57,407 nt of DNA from Deltaproteobacteria bacterium (GTDB lineage Bacteria > CG03 > SLGR01 > JBDRKX01). Below, piece by piece: positions 36,227 to 44,902 of this stretch; within the stretch, counting starts at the first letter, position 1; every line of letters starts with the position of its first letter. The notes under the pieces were generated by a model. It was not told where the DNA came from. It was given only the letters and a program-made list of their open reading frames with translations, and did not search any database. Location of the stretch: positions 1 to 57,407 of the forward strand of contig JAIVZN010000002.1 in the NCBI GenBank assembly GCA_048634875.1. The letters are read 5' to 3'. A program made the translations under genes and the position numbers.

Positions 36227-37245
36227 TCTAATTCCTTCTCCACAGCATCCAAGACTTTTCTTTTAACTTCTTTAAATTCACCTTTTATCAAACATCCTTC
36301 TGCATTGTGGTGTCCCCCTCCGCCAAAATGATTTGCTATCTTATTAACATTTACACCACCTTTAGAACGAAACGAAACTTTTATACCATCTAAGCCGGGT
36401 ATCTTTCTAAACAATATCCCAACTTCCACTCCCTTTATATTACGCGCAAAATTTATAACACCCTCTAAATCTTCAATAGAGGCACCCGTAGTTTGAAACA
36501 TTTCAGGGGTCACTGTTATATATCCAACTCTTTTAGAATTAGTCAGGGTTAAAGATTCTATTGCTTTTGATACAAGCCTGAGACCCTCTATTTCACTGTT
36601 TCTGTATATAAGGGTAGATACTTTTTGAGGAGAAATAAATTTATCAATCAGCCCGGCAGCAATTAAGTGAGATTGAGGGGTTGTATTATCTTCCTGAAAT
36701 TTATCTGTGTCAGTTACAATTCCAATATATATACAGAGAGCAAGGTCATAATCAAACTCAATATTCATCTGAGACGCTATATTAAAAATTAACTCGCAGA
36801 CAGAAGAACTCTTCGGTTTAACATAATTAATATCGCCAAACTCATGATTTAACTGGTGATGGTCAATGTTTATAATTGTCCGAGCCGATGTCAACAGACC
36901 CGATAGCCCTTCAATTCTCTTTTTGTCAGAACAATCAAGTACAAACCCGATATCTTTAGTAGGACAGGCATCTTGCCTGTCAGTAGTATCACCTCCAAAT
37001 GCAGTTTTAATCTTATCTATTCCTTTCAGGAAACTATAAACTCTCGGCAAAGCACTCGGAGAAATAACTTCTACATCTAAACCGAGTTTCCTTAAGATAT
37101 GATACATTGCAAGCGCCCCTCCAATTGCATCGCCATCAGGCCGCGGATGCATTGTAACAAAAGCGCTCTTTGAATTTTCTATCACATTTATAATTTTTGA
37201 GATAATATTTCTATCTTCAACCGGTATATCTAAATTAAGTTTCAT
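36217..37245 (-). CDS. nrnA: DHH/DHHA1 phosphoesterase, NrnA-like oligoribonuclease / pAp phosphatase
   Basis: It carries the HPRPDGDAIGG, DHH (INIDHHQ) and GGGGHHNA motifs. Confidence 0.8.
   Translation of the reverse strand: MKLNLDIPVEDRNIISKIINVIENSKSAFVTMHPRPDGDAIGGALAMYHILRKLGLDVEVISPSALPRVYSFLKGIDKIKTAFGGDTTDRQDACPTKDIGFVLDCSDKKRIEGLSGLLTSARTIINIDHHQLNHEFGDINYVKPKSSSVCELIFNIASQMNIEFDYDLALCIYIGIVTDTDKFQEDNTTPQSHLIAAGLIDKFISPQKVSTLIYRNSEIEGLRLVSKAIESLTLTNSKRVGYITVTPEMFQTTGASIEDLEGVINFARNIKGVEVGILFRKIPGLDGIKVSFRSKGGVNVNKIANHFGGGGHHNAEGCLIKGEFKEVKRKVLDAVEKELDRL
36958..36986. repeat. 19-bp GC-rich palindrome with 5-bp direct flanks, in-frame inside nrnA
   Basis: The sequence is agtag|gacaggcatcttgcctgtc|agtag. 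The same 19-mer is intergenic at 47176-47194. The palindrome plus one flank is 24 nt and encodes DRQDACPT. Confidence 0.75.
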
Positions 37246-37248
37246 CCT

Positions 37249-37629
37249 TCAACTTTCTATCTTCCATCTTCTATCTTCCTCGCTGTCCCTTATTTTTTTA
37301 AATATCATTTCTAAATGTTGCGCTTTTTCAGGAGTATCATCATATATCATTTGTATCTTTGGTATATACCTTAACACAGCTTCTTCAGCAAGCCTGCATC
37401 TCAGGAACTTATGCATCTGTATAATTGTGTTTTTTTGTTTTTGAATATCCTTCTTTCCACCTATCAGCGAGAAATACACCTTAGCGATACTCAGGTCTGT
37501 AGTTACTTCAACATCAGTAACAGTAACTATACCCATTTTAGGATCAGAAATTTCCTGAGATAATATTTTTCCTAAAATTTGTTTTATTAAACTTGATACC
37601 TTTTGCGTTCGCCTACTTTTTTTCAACAA
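37249..37629 (-). CDS. rbfA: Ribosome-binding factor A
   Basis: RbfA family blocks are present (R..KV...I...L...I...DP....VTVT.VEVT.DL..AKVYFS). The start is TTG, behind AAGGGGG. Confidence 0.9.
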   Translation of the reverse strand: MLKKSRRTQKVSSLIKQILGKILSQEISDPKMGIVTVTDVEVTTDLSIAKVYFSLIGGKKDIQKQKNTIIQMHKFLRCRLAEEAVLRYIPKIQMIYDDTPEKAQHLEMIFKKIRDSEEDRRWKIES

Positions 37630-37902
37630 AAACCCCCTTGCTCATAAATACCAATTCAGGATACTTTTTTAAGATCAAAGAACTTTTTTGAAAAAGCTGC
37701 TGAATAGATTTTTTATCCCGGCATACTCCGCATATACCTAATTCTCCAACGCATGTAGCAATTCCTGATAATTAACTTCTGATACAGAAAGATTAAGGGT
37801 TGCTTTAAGCCTGTCTTTGATACTGTTTAAATATTTTCGCTTTTCTTTAAGACTTCGTATGCCAGGCAGGTAAATCTCTATCCGTTCAACACCTATAAAC
37901 AT
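37613..37902 (-). pseudogene. DUF503 (YlxP-like) gene with a 1-nt frameshift
   Basis: The frame from the ATG at 37902 reads MFIGVERIEIYLPGIRSLKEKRKYLNSIKDRLKATLNLSVSEVNYQELLHALEN*. The expected continuation, ...VGELGICGVCRDKKSIQQLFQKSSLILKKYPELVFMSKGVFVEKK*, is open in another frame and ends overlapping the rbfA start. The total span is 290 nt (3n+2). The ORF track shows no ORF of 60 aa or more here. Confidence 0.6.
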
Positions 37903-37911
37903 CCGTTTACT

Positions 37912-37992
37912 TTAAGGAATGTGAGACTATGAATGATGGATGAAGGAAGAAAATTTATTCCCTATTCCCTCATGCCTCATTCCTCATTCCTG
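37912..37992. repeat. Heptad-built hairpin, GGAATGWG family (copy 3)
   Basis: The sequence is ttaaggaatgtgagactatgaatgatggatgaaggaagaaaat|ttattccctattccctcatgcctcattcctcattcctg, located in the infB/DUF503 spacer. Confidence 0.65.
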
Positions 37993-37995
37993 TTT

Positions 37996-39744
37996 TCATT
38001 GAGCTTCTTCTAAAGTTCTTTTTCTTTTTTCTAATTGGAAACTTTCTATTATATCTCTAACTTTTACATCATTAAAATTATCTATGTTGATGCCACACTC
38101 ATAACCCTGATTTACTTCAGCAACATCATTCTTAAATCTCTTAAGTGCCGCTATACTTCCCACATATACAATTTTTGAATCCCTTAATACTCTAACCTGT
38201 GCTTTTCGTAAAACTTGTCCATTTATAACATTACATCCTGCAATGGTTCCCACTCTTGAAATAATATATATTCTTTTAACCTCAGCCTGTCCAAGTGTAA
38301 TTTCACTTTCTTCAGGTTCAAGCATTCCTTCAAGAGATTTTTTAATATCATCAATAATTTCGTATATAACTCTATAATTTCTTATCTGAACCCCTTCACA
38401 TTCCGCTTCTTTCATAATTCCGCCGCTTGTAGATATATTAAAACTTATTATTATGGCATTAGAAGCAGATGCAAGCATTATATCTTTTCTCGTTACTGCT
38501 CCAACCCCACTATGAATTATCTTCAAAGCTACTTCTTCTATCTGTAATTTTATCAATGCATCTTTTATTGCTTCAAGCGAGCCGGTTACATCTGTTTTAA
38601 GTATTATTCTAAGCTCTTTGTTCTCCTCGCCAAGCAGTTGTTTCTGTAAATCCTCCAGAGTAACCTGTCCGGATTGAGAAACTTCGTCTTTCTGTATCTT
38701 AAGTTTTCGTTTTCCTACAATTTCTCTTGCAGAAATTTTATCTTCAACAACATTCAGAATATCTCCTGTCATAGCAAGTCCCTCAAATCCAAGAATTCTT
38801 ACAGGGGTTGATGGACCGGCTATTTTCAATCTCAGGGAAGCTTCATCAGTCATAGCCTTTACCTTGCCTGAAACAGTACCGCATACAAATGAATCCCCTA
38901 TTTTAAGAGTGCCTTCAGTTACTACAATTGTTCCTGTCGGCCCGGTTTGTTTATCAAGTTCCGTCTCAATAACAATGCCCTTTACAGGACCATCAATGGG
39001 AGCTTTTAATTCCAGCATCTCTGCCTGAAGAAGAATCATCTCAAGAAGTTCATCTACATGTTGATTCTTTTTAGCAGAAATTTCAATTGCAATAACATCG
39101 CCTCCCCAGTTTTCAGTTAAAATACCATGGTGCGAAAGCTGAGTGCGAACTTTTTCAGCATCAAACTCAGGAAGGTCCATTTTATTAATTGCCACTATAA
39201 TTGGCACATCTGCAGCTTTTGCATGGTTTATTGCTTCAATTGTCTGCGGCATAACACCGTCATCGCCGGCAATAACTAATACCACTATATCTGTAATCCG
39301 GGCGCCTCTTGCTCTCATCGCAGTAAATGCTTCATGCCCAGGAGTATCTATAAATACAATTGAACCCTTACCCTTTAAATCAACCTTGCATGCGCCTATA
39401 TGTTGAGTTATACCACCGCTTTCGCGGGCAATTACATTTGTATGCCTTATTGTGTCAAGAAGCTGGGTTTTCCCATGATCTACATGTCCCATTACAGTCA
39501 CTACAGGAGAACGGGGGATAATGTCTCTTCTTATCTGTTCTACTTGAACTTCTTCCTTTATTTCAGGTTTCGGCTCTTGTTTCTGCTCCTTAAAACTTTC
39601 TTTAATTAGCCCGGCTTCTTCTTCAGTTACAGATGAAACATGAGATTTCGCCTTTATACCAAGCTCCTTAGCTTCTTCTAATATTATTTTATAATCCCTA
39701 TCCAGATCCTGAGCTAATTTATATATTCTGATTTTATTTGTCAT
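37996..39744 (-). CDS. infB: Translation initiation factor IF-2 (short N-terminal form)
   Basis: The G domain carries [13 protein letters not shown] and NKMD, and canonical C-terminal IF-2 domains follow. Confidence 0.97.
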   Translation of the reverse strand: MTNKIRIYKLAQDLDRDYKIILEEAKELGIKAKSHVSSVTEEEAGLIKESFKEQKQEPKPEIKEEVQVEQIRRDIIPRSPVVTVMGHVDHGKTQLLDTIRHTNVIARESGGITQHIGACKVDLKGKGSIVFIDTPGHEAFTAMRARGARITDIVVLVIAGDDGVMPQTIEAINHAKAADVPIIVAINKMDLPEFDAEKVRTQLSHHGILTENWGGDVIAIEISAKKNQHVDELLEMILLQAEMLELKAPIDGPVKGIVIETELDKQTGPTGTIVVTEGTLKIGDSFVCGTVSGKVKAMTDEASLRLKIAGPSTPVRILGFEGLAMTGDILNVVEDKISAREIVGKRKLKIQKDEVSQSGQVTLEDLQKQLLGEENKELRIILKTDVTGSLEAIKDALIKLQIEEVALKIIHSGVGAVTRKDIMLASASNAIIISFNISTSGGIMKEAECEGVQIRNYRVIYEIIDDIKKSLEGMLEPEESEITLGQAEVKRIYIISRVGTIAGCNVINGQVLRKAQVRVLRDSKIVYVGSIAALKRFKNDVAEVNQGYECGINIDNFNDVKVRDIIESFQLEKRKRTLEEAQ

Positions 39745-40987
39745 TTTTCCTCTTTATAGACTCTATAATTTTTAGAGCTGTCTTTTTGCCTATACCGGGA
39801 ATAGAAGTAATTGAATCCAATCCACTCTCCCTAATCTTTTGAATACTGTTTATCCCGTTTTTTATCAGCAGTCCTGCAATTTTTTCCCCAACACCAGGTA
39901 AATTCTTTATCTCAACGATATCCTCCTGGAGAGGTTCCTTTTTCTGGATATCTCTGAGCTGAGATCCAGACTGGATATCCATATGCCAGTTCGTAAGGCG
40001 AGCAGCAAGGCGGACATTCTGTCCGCTTTTTCCTATTGCAAGTGAAAGCATCTCATCAGAAACAACAATTCTTGCTTCTTTCTTCGTTTCATCAACAATG
40101 GCAATCTCTTCCACTTTTGCAGGACTTAATGAATTTGCAAGATATTCCTTAATATCATCGGAATACTTTATGAGGTCCATTCGCTCGCCGCCAAGTTCAT
40201 TAATAACAGACTGAACTCTCACTCCATTTATGCCAACGCAGGCTCCAATGGGATCTACTCTGGGATTATGACTCAAAACAGCTACTTTACAACGAATACC
40301 CGGATCTCTAACTATTTTCACTATTTCCACAACCCCATCTGCAACCTCGGGTACTTCTAATTTAAACAATTCCGCAACAAATCCGGGATGGGTTCTTGAC
40401 ACAAGTATTTTCGAACCCCTGGTACCTTTTGAAACTTCAACAATATACAATTTTATATTATCACCTCTGGCAAGCCTCTGACTCTTAATCTGTTCCCTCT
40501 CAGGCAGGATTGCTTCAGCCTTTCCTATCTCAATAATATATGTTTTGCCTGTTGAGCGATACACTGTACCTGTCAGTAATTCGCCTTCTTTTGCTTTATA
40601 TTCATTGTAAACATTCTCCCGTTCGTTTTCCCTCATTTTTTGAATAATAATTTGTTTTGCAGTTTGAGCTGCTATTCTTGCGAATTTATCAGCAGAAATT
40701 TCAACTTGAATTTTGTCGCCTAACTGAACTGAAGAATCAATTGTAAGAGCAGAAATCTTATCTATATCTCTCTCTGCATCTACAACTTTTTTCACTACAT
40801 TTTTCTCAACAAATACTCTCAACTTACCCGATTCTCTATCAATGTGTGCATTGTAATTAAGACCCTGAGATACACCATGTTTCTTGAAAGCAGATGTTGA
40901 AGCACTCTCTATCATGGAAATCAGTTCTTCACTCGGGATTCCTTTTTCTTTCTCTATTTGTTCTAATATTGATTTCAAATTTTCCAT
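39734..40987 (-). CDS. nusA: Transcription termination/antitermination factor NusA
   Basis: The architecture is an N-terminal domain, S1, two KH domains and a C-terminal HhH repeat. It overlaps infB by 11 nt. Confidence 0.97.
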   Translation of the reverse strand: MENLKSILEQIEKEKGIPSEELISMIESASTSAFKKHGVSQGLNYNAHIDRESGKLRVFVEKNVVKKVVDAERDIDKISALTIDSSVQLGDKIQVEISADKFARIAAQTAKQIIIQKMRENERENVYNEYKAKEGELLTGTVYRSTGKTYIIEIGKAEAILPEREQIKSQRLARGDNIKLYIVEVSKGTRGSKILVSRTHPGFVAELFKLEVPEVADGVVEIVKIVRDPGIRCKVAVLSHNPRVDPIGACVGINGVRVQSVINELGGERMDLIKYSDDIKEYLANSLSPAKVEEIAIVDETKKEARIVVSDEMLSLAIGKSGQNVRLAARLTNWHMDIQSGSQLRDIQKKEPLQEDIVEIKNLPGVGEKIAGLLIKNGINSIQKIRESGLDSITSIPGIGKKTALKIIESIKRKNDK

Positions 40988-41436
40988 TATATTTTAACCT
41001 TTAAACTTGCCTTAGCAATATTATCCACAGGTACAACTTTATGGATTCCTTCTCTGTCCTGGATTACAATGTTTCCTTCATTTACTTCAAGGACTTTTCC
41101 TTCCCATACCTGGGAATTATCAATTGTACTTAATTTAATATCTTTATTCATACACTTTTCAAAGTCTTCTTTAGTTTTTAACTGTCTGTCAAGTCCTGGC
41201 GAAGAAACTTCCAATGAATATGAATGTTCCAAAATATCAGGGTGTCTGTCAAACTCGTAGTTTAAGTGCCGGGAAATACTGCCCAAATCATCTATTGTTA
41301 TGCCGCCTTCTTTATCAGCAAAAACCTGCAGGAACCATCTGGAACCTTTTTTACCATATTTTAAATCTACAAACTCGTAACCCATATCTTCTATTTCCGA
41401 TTTAACTATATTAATCAATTCCTGTGTAATACTCAT
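40987..41436 (-). CDS. rimP: Ribosome maturation factor RimP
   Basis: MSITQELINIVKSEIEDMGYEFVDLKY...LEVSSPGLDRQL matches RimP. The start was trimmed to the ATG at 41436. Confidence 0.85.
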   Translation of the reverse strand: MSITQELINIVKSEIEDMGYEFVDLKYGKKGSRWFLQVFADKEGGITIDDLGSISRHLNYEFDRHPDILEHSYSLEVSSPGLDRQLKTKEDFEKCMNKDIKLSTIDNSQVWEGKVLEVNEGNIVIQDREGIHKVVPVDNIAKASLKVKI

Positions 41437-41443
41437 AATTATT

Positions 41444-41469
41444 AAAAAATGTGGCAACTACTGCCACAT
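41444..41469 (-). terminator. Terminator-like leader hairpin 8 nt upstream of the rimP start (candidate attenuator)
   Basis: The minus strand reads ATGTGGCA-GTAGT-TGCCACAT followed by TTTTT, then AATAATT-ATG. Confidence 0.45.
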
Positions 41470-41508
41470 TATTTATATTGTATAACATATTTTATAATCT
41501 TTTTCAAG

Positions 41509-41533
41509 TTGCCTTGACAGTTTGTCAAGGCAA
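41509..41533. promoter_or_regulatory. Perfect 11-bp-arm palindrome upstream of the rimP operon
   Basis: The sequence is ttgccttgaca-gtt-tgtcaaggcaa. It lies just upstream of a possible TTGAAA-17-TATACA promoter (41479-41507, minus strand). It could be an operator or the 3' hairpin of the hydrolase gene. Confidence 0.3.
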
Positions 41534-41591
41534 TTTAGAAATGTCCTGTTTTCTGCAAAATAAAAACTTCCTCTTTTCAGTCCGAACAGGA

Positions 41592-42443
41592 TTACAGCAT
41601 ACTTGAAATAAAAGAATCTAAACCAGCTTCATATTGTTCTGCTGATATAATAAATCCTTCATTGTGTGAACCTCTAATTTCAAGAAATTGTTTTGGTTCT
41701 ACTGCTGCTGCAAATAATTTACACCCGTGGTTAAATGGTATTATTTCGTCATCCCTGCTGTGCACAATCAGAACAGGACAACTTATTTTGCGAAGATATT
41801 GCATGGTATCGTAGTTAAACCGGGATAACAATCTAACTGGAATGAAGGGATAAAGTTCTCTACCAATATCATAAATAGAGGTAAATGCAGATTCTATGAT
41901 AAGCGCTTTCACTGTGTGATCCTGCGCAAGCCATGCAGCAATAGAACCCCCAACAGACCTGCCGAAAACAATGATTTCAGATGGAGACACTTTTTTCTCC
42001 TGAACAAGGTATTGCCATGCTGCTTCCGCATCAAGATATGTGCCCTGCTCTCGTGGTTTTCCTTCACTCTGACCATAACCACGGTAGTCAAATATAAAAG
42101 TACTTAACCCGAGCCGGTAAAATGTATGAATAGAATCCAGGCGATGCGAGATATTGCCTGCATTTCCATGACAGAACAAAACTACTCCCCTTGATTCTTT
42201 AGCTGGAATAAACCAGCCCGATAATTTTACTTCATCTGCTGTCTTGAAAAAGACAGTTTCATACTGAAGCCCTATCTCAGCAGGAGTTGCTATTATTCCT
42301 GCTTGAGGAAAATAAATAAAACGAGCTTGAGAAACACAGAAATAAAGCAGAACAAAAATGGAAAAGCCCATGGCGCCAATAATAAAAAATCGGACTATAA
42401 ACCAGATTTTCTGTACAAATATACTCAATTCATCTCCTTTCAA
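41592..42443 (-). CDS. Alpha/beta-fold hydrolase (membrane-anchored serine hydrolase)
   Basis: It has an N-terminal TM helix, the HGNAGN oxyanion region, the nucleophile elbow GRSVGG, and downstream D...H (SRDDEII...GSHN). Confidence 0.8.
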   Translation of the reverse strand: MKGDELSIFVQKIWFIVRFFIIGAMGFSIFVLLYFCVSQARFIYFPQAGIIATPAEIGLQYETVFFKTADEVKLSGWFIPAKESRGVVLFCHGNAGNISHRLDSIHTFYRLGLSTFIFDYRGYGQSEGKPREQGTYLDAEAAWQYLVQEKKVSPSEIIVFGRSVGGSIAAWLAQDHTVKALIIESAFTSIYDIGRELYPFIPVRLLSRFNYDTMQYLRKISCPVLIVHSRDDEIIPFNHGCKLFAAAVEPKQFLEIRGSHNEGFIISAEQYEAGLDSFISSML

Positions 42444-42506
42444 AGCAAACTTTGCCGCTACATTTCTGCATACAAGTTTATATAATAAATGATTATATCA
42501 AAAAAT

Positions 42507-42534
42507 TTGACTTTTGAAAGCAAATTAATATAAT
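42507..42534 (+). promoter_or_regulatory. Candidate rplM promoter that would give a near-leaderless mRNA
   Basis: TTGACT (42507-12), a 16-nt spacer, then TATAAT (42529-34). The ATG lies 8 nt after the -10, and no SD is present. Confidence 0.4.
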
Positions 42535-42542
42535 CAAAAGCA

Positions 42543-43004
42543 ATGTATAAGAGAATTTGGTACAAAATAAATGCGGAGAATAAAACTCTGGGACGCCTTG
42601 CAACCAGAGCTGCGTGTATTCTTATGGGTAAAAACAATGCTGCTTTTGCGAGGCATGAAGACAAGGGTGACTTTCTTATAATTACAAATGCTGAAAAAGT
42701 AAGAGTAACCGGAAACAAGGAGAAAAATAAAAAGTATTTTATAGTTTCTAAATACCCGGGAAACAGTAAATTCGTAAGTTATGATAATATGAAAAAGAAA
42801 AAACCGGAATATATAATACATCATGCTGTTAAAGGAATGTTACCTAAGAACAAACTCGCTAACAGGATGATTACAAGGCTTAAAGTTTACGCTGGCAGTG
42901 TTCACCCACATCACGCACAGGAACCAATAAATTTAGATGAAGGAGCGAGTTTAGAAAGAGGAGTGAACAACCGAATGGAGCAAATAAATGGCAAGAATGA
43001 ATGA
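42543..43004 (+). CDS. rplM: 50S ribosomal protein L13
   Basis: WYKINAENKTLGRLATRAACILMGKN... are canonical L13 blocks. Confidence 0.95.
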   Translation: MYKRIWYKINAENKTLGRLATRAACILMGKNNAAFARHEDKGDFLIITNAEKVRVTGNKEKNKKYFIVSKYPGNSKFVSYDNMKKKKPEYIIHHAVKGMLPKNKLANRMITRLKVYAGSVHPHHAQEPINLDEGASLERGVNNRMEQINGKNE

Positions 43005-43389
43005 AATTAATGCAGTTGGCAGAAGAAAAACGTCTGTTGCCCGAGTATATATGTTTACAGGAAAAGATAAAGAAATTATTGTAAATAAGAAACCCTTGGA
43101 AGAATATTTTAATCACAGCATGGGCATTATAAAAGAAACAATGAGTCCATTTAAGATATTAGGAATAGAAAACGATTGTCTTATTAAGATAAATGTAAAG
43201 GGTGGTGGAAAAAATGGACAGGCCGGAGCAATTAAACTTGGAATTTCCAGAGTACTTGCGCAACTTGATGAAAAAACCAGAAAAATACTCCGTGCAAACG
43301 GATTTCTCACCCGTGACGCAAGAATGGTAGAAAGGAAAAAAATAGGTAAGCACAAAGCCCGCAAGGGTATTCAATATTCAAAGAGATAA
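42988..43389 (+). CDS. rpsI: 30S ribosomal protein S9
   Basis: GRRKTSVARV...GGGKNGQAGAIKLGISRAL...ARMVERKKIGKHKARKGIQYSKR matches canonical S9. Confidence 0.95.
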   Translation: MARMNEINAVGRRKTSVARVYMFTGKDKEIIVNKKPLEEYFNHSMGIIKETMSPFKILGIENDCLIKINVKGGGKNGQAGAIKLGISRVLAQLDEKTRKILRANGFLTRDARMVERKKIGKHKARKGIQYSKR

Positions 43390-43390
43390 C

Positions 43391-44335
43391 ATGCGCCAGA
43401 GAAGGATTACAGGAGCAGTTGTTATAATCCTGCTTCTAACTTCAATAGTTTCAAGCATTTATTTAGCACTTCAACAAAAAATTTCAAAAACTATAATTCC
43501 CATAAAAATAGAAACTATTTCTTTATCTAAAAAGCCTTCCATAGGTGTTGTTGAAATTTATGGTCCAATCTATTCGCCATTTGAAGAAAGCGGCTTTATA
43601 TCCCAGTCTAATTTACAGGAAATTCTGGATACCTTAAAAAAATTCAGGGAAGAAAAAAAAATAAAGGCAGTTATTTTAAGAATTAATAGTCCTGGGGGAA
43701 CAATTGGCGCTGTTCAGGAAATAAACCAGGAAATTCACAGATTAAAGAAAGCAGGCAAACCGGTGGTAGCTTCTGTATCTGATTTAGCTGCTTCAGGAGG
43801 CTACTATATTGCCTCAGTGTGCAATGAAGTTGTGGCAAACAGCGGAAGCATAATTGGAAGTATCGGTGTTATTTTTACATCTTCGGATTTCTCCGGATTA
43901 ATGAAGAAACTTGGAGTAAATATGGAGATAATAAAAAGCGGGCCGTATAAAGATGTAGGTTCTTTTCACCGTCCGTTCAGCAGAGACGAGAAAAAGTTTT
44001 TGCAGGAACTTATTGATGATGCCTACAAGCAATTTGTTACTGTTGTAAGTAACGGCAGAAATCTTCCTGTAGATACAGTAAAGAAACTTGCCAAGGGACA
44101 ATTATATACAGGGAGACGCGCAAAAGAATTAAATCTTGTAGATACGCTTGGAGATTTTGTAACAGCAAAGAAGAGGACTGAGGAGCTTGCCGGCATAAAA
44201 GATGCAAGATTAGTAAAACAACCGCATTATTTAGGATGGAAAAATATACTTAAACTTTTAAACCAGAAAAGATCTCTTTCAAATATCTTAGGCAGAGACA
44301 AATTTACAGGCATAGCATATATCTATAAACCTTAA
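43391..44335 (+). CDS. sppA: Signal peptide peptidase SppA, 36K type (S49)
   Basis: It carries INSPGGTIGA...AASGGYYIA (catalytic Ser) and IKSGPYKD. Confidence 0.85.
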   Translation: MRQRRITGAVVIILLLTSIVSSIYLALQQKISKTIIPIKIETISLSKKPSIGVVEIYGPIYSPFEESGFISQSNLQEILDTLKKFREEKKIKAVILRINSPGGTIGAVQEINQEIHRLKKAGKPVVASVSDLAASGGYYIASVCNEVVANSGSIIGSIGVIFTSSDFSGLMKKLGVNMEIIKSGPYKDVGSFHRPFSRDEKKFLQELIDDAYKQFVTVVSNGRNLPVDTVKKLAKGQLYTGRRAKELNLVDTLGDFVTAKKRTEELAGIKDARLVKQPHYLGWKNILKLLNQKRSLSNILGRDKFTGIAYIYKP

Positions 44336-44902
44336 ATGGGAATTTTTTTAAACTTTATAGCTTCCCCTGAAGAAACAATCCATAAAATTTCAAGGAAAGA
44401 TTTAGGATACAGCAGTTTTTTAATTTTAATTCTTGCTTATATTTCCAGCGCCGGAGGATTCGCGCTTTTCTGCGGCATACCTTCCAATGTTCTTATATAT
44501 TCGCTGACCTGGGGACTTGTGATAAAATTAATCCTGTCAGTTTTTGGTATTTTATTAATTACTGCATTGTATCATTATTTTGCAGGAGTTTTTGGAGGAA
44601 ACGGCAACCCTGTTAGATTATTTAAAGCCCTGCCGTACAGCTTCATACCTTATTGTTTTGTTGCTCCAATAATATTAATATTAAAAGCATTTGCCGGTGG
44701 AGCAGAATGGATTATCTGGCCTATTTTTGTACTGCTGGTTTTCTGGATGGCAAGACTGCAATTAAAAATAATAAATTATTTCTATGGCTTAACTGTGGTT
44801 AACTCGTTTGTTGTTTTTATTCTGCCATGGATTATAATTGCAGGTTTAACAACTTTAGTACCGATGATTTTAGGGATAAGTATTTTAATGTTTATCTTAT
44901 GA
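44336..44902 (+). CDS. Yip1-domain-like polytopic membrane protein
   Basis: It has five predicted TM helices. The assignment by pattern alone is weak. Confidence 0.45.
   Translation: MGIFLNFIASPEETIHKISRKDLGYSSFLILILAYISSAGGFALFCGIPSNVLIYSLTWGLVIKLILSVFGILLITALYHYFAGVFGGNGNPVRLFKALPYSFIPYCFVAPIILILKAFAGGAEWIIWPIFVLLVFWMARLQLKIINYFYGLTVVNSFVVFILPWIIIAGLTTLVPMILGISILMFIL

Noticed and set aside
42458-42824. Minus-strand ORFs opposite rplM/rpsI (42458..42718, 42534..42824, 42880..43116, 43113..43364, 43159..43374)
   Set aside because: They lie opposite canonical ribosomal protein genes and are shadow ORFs.
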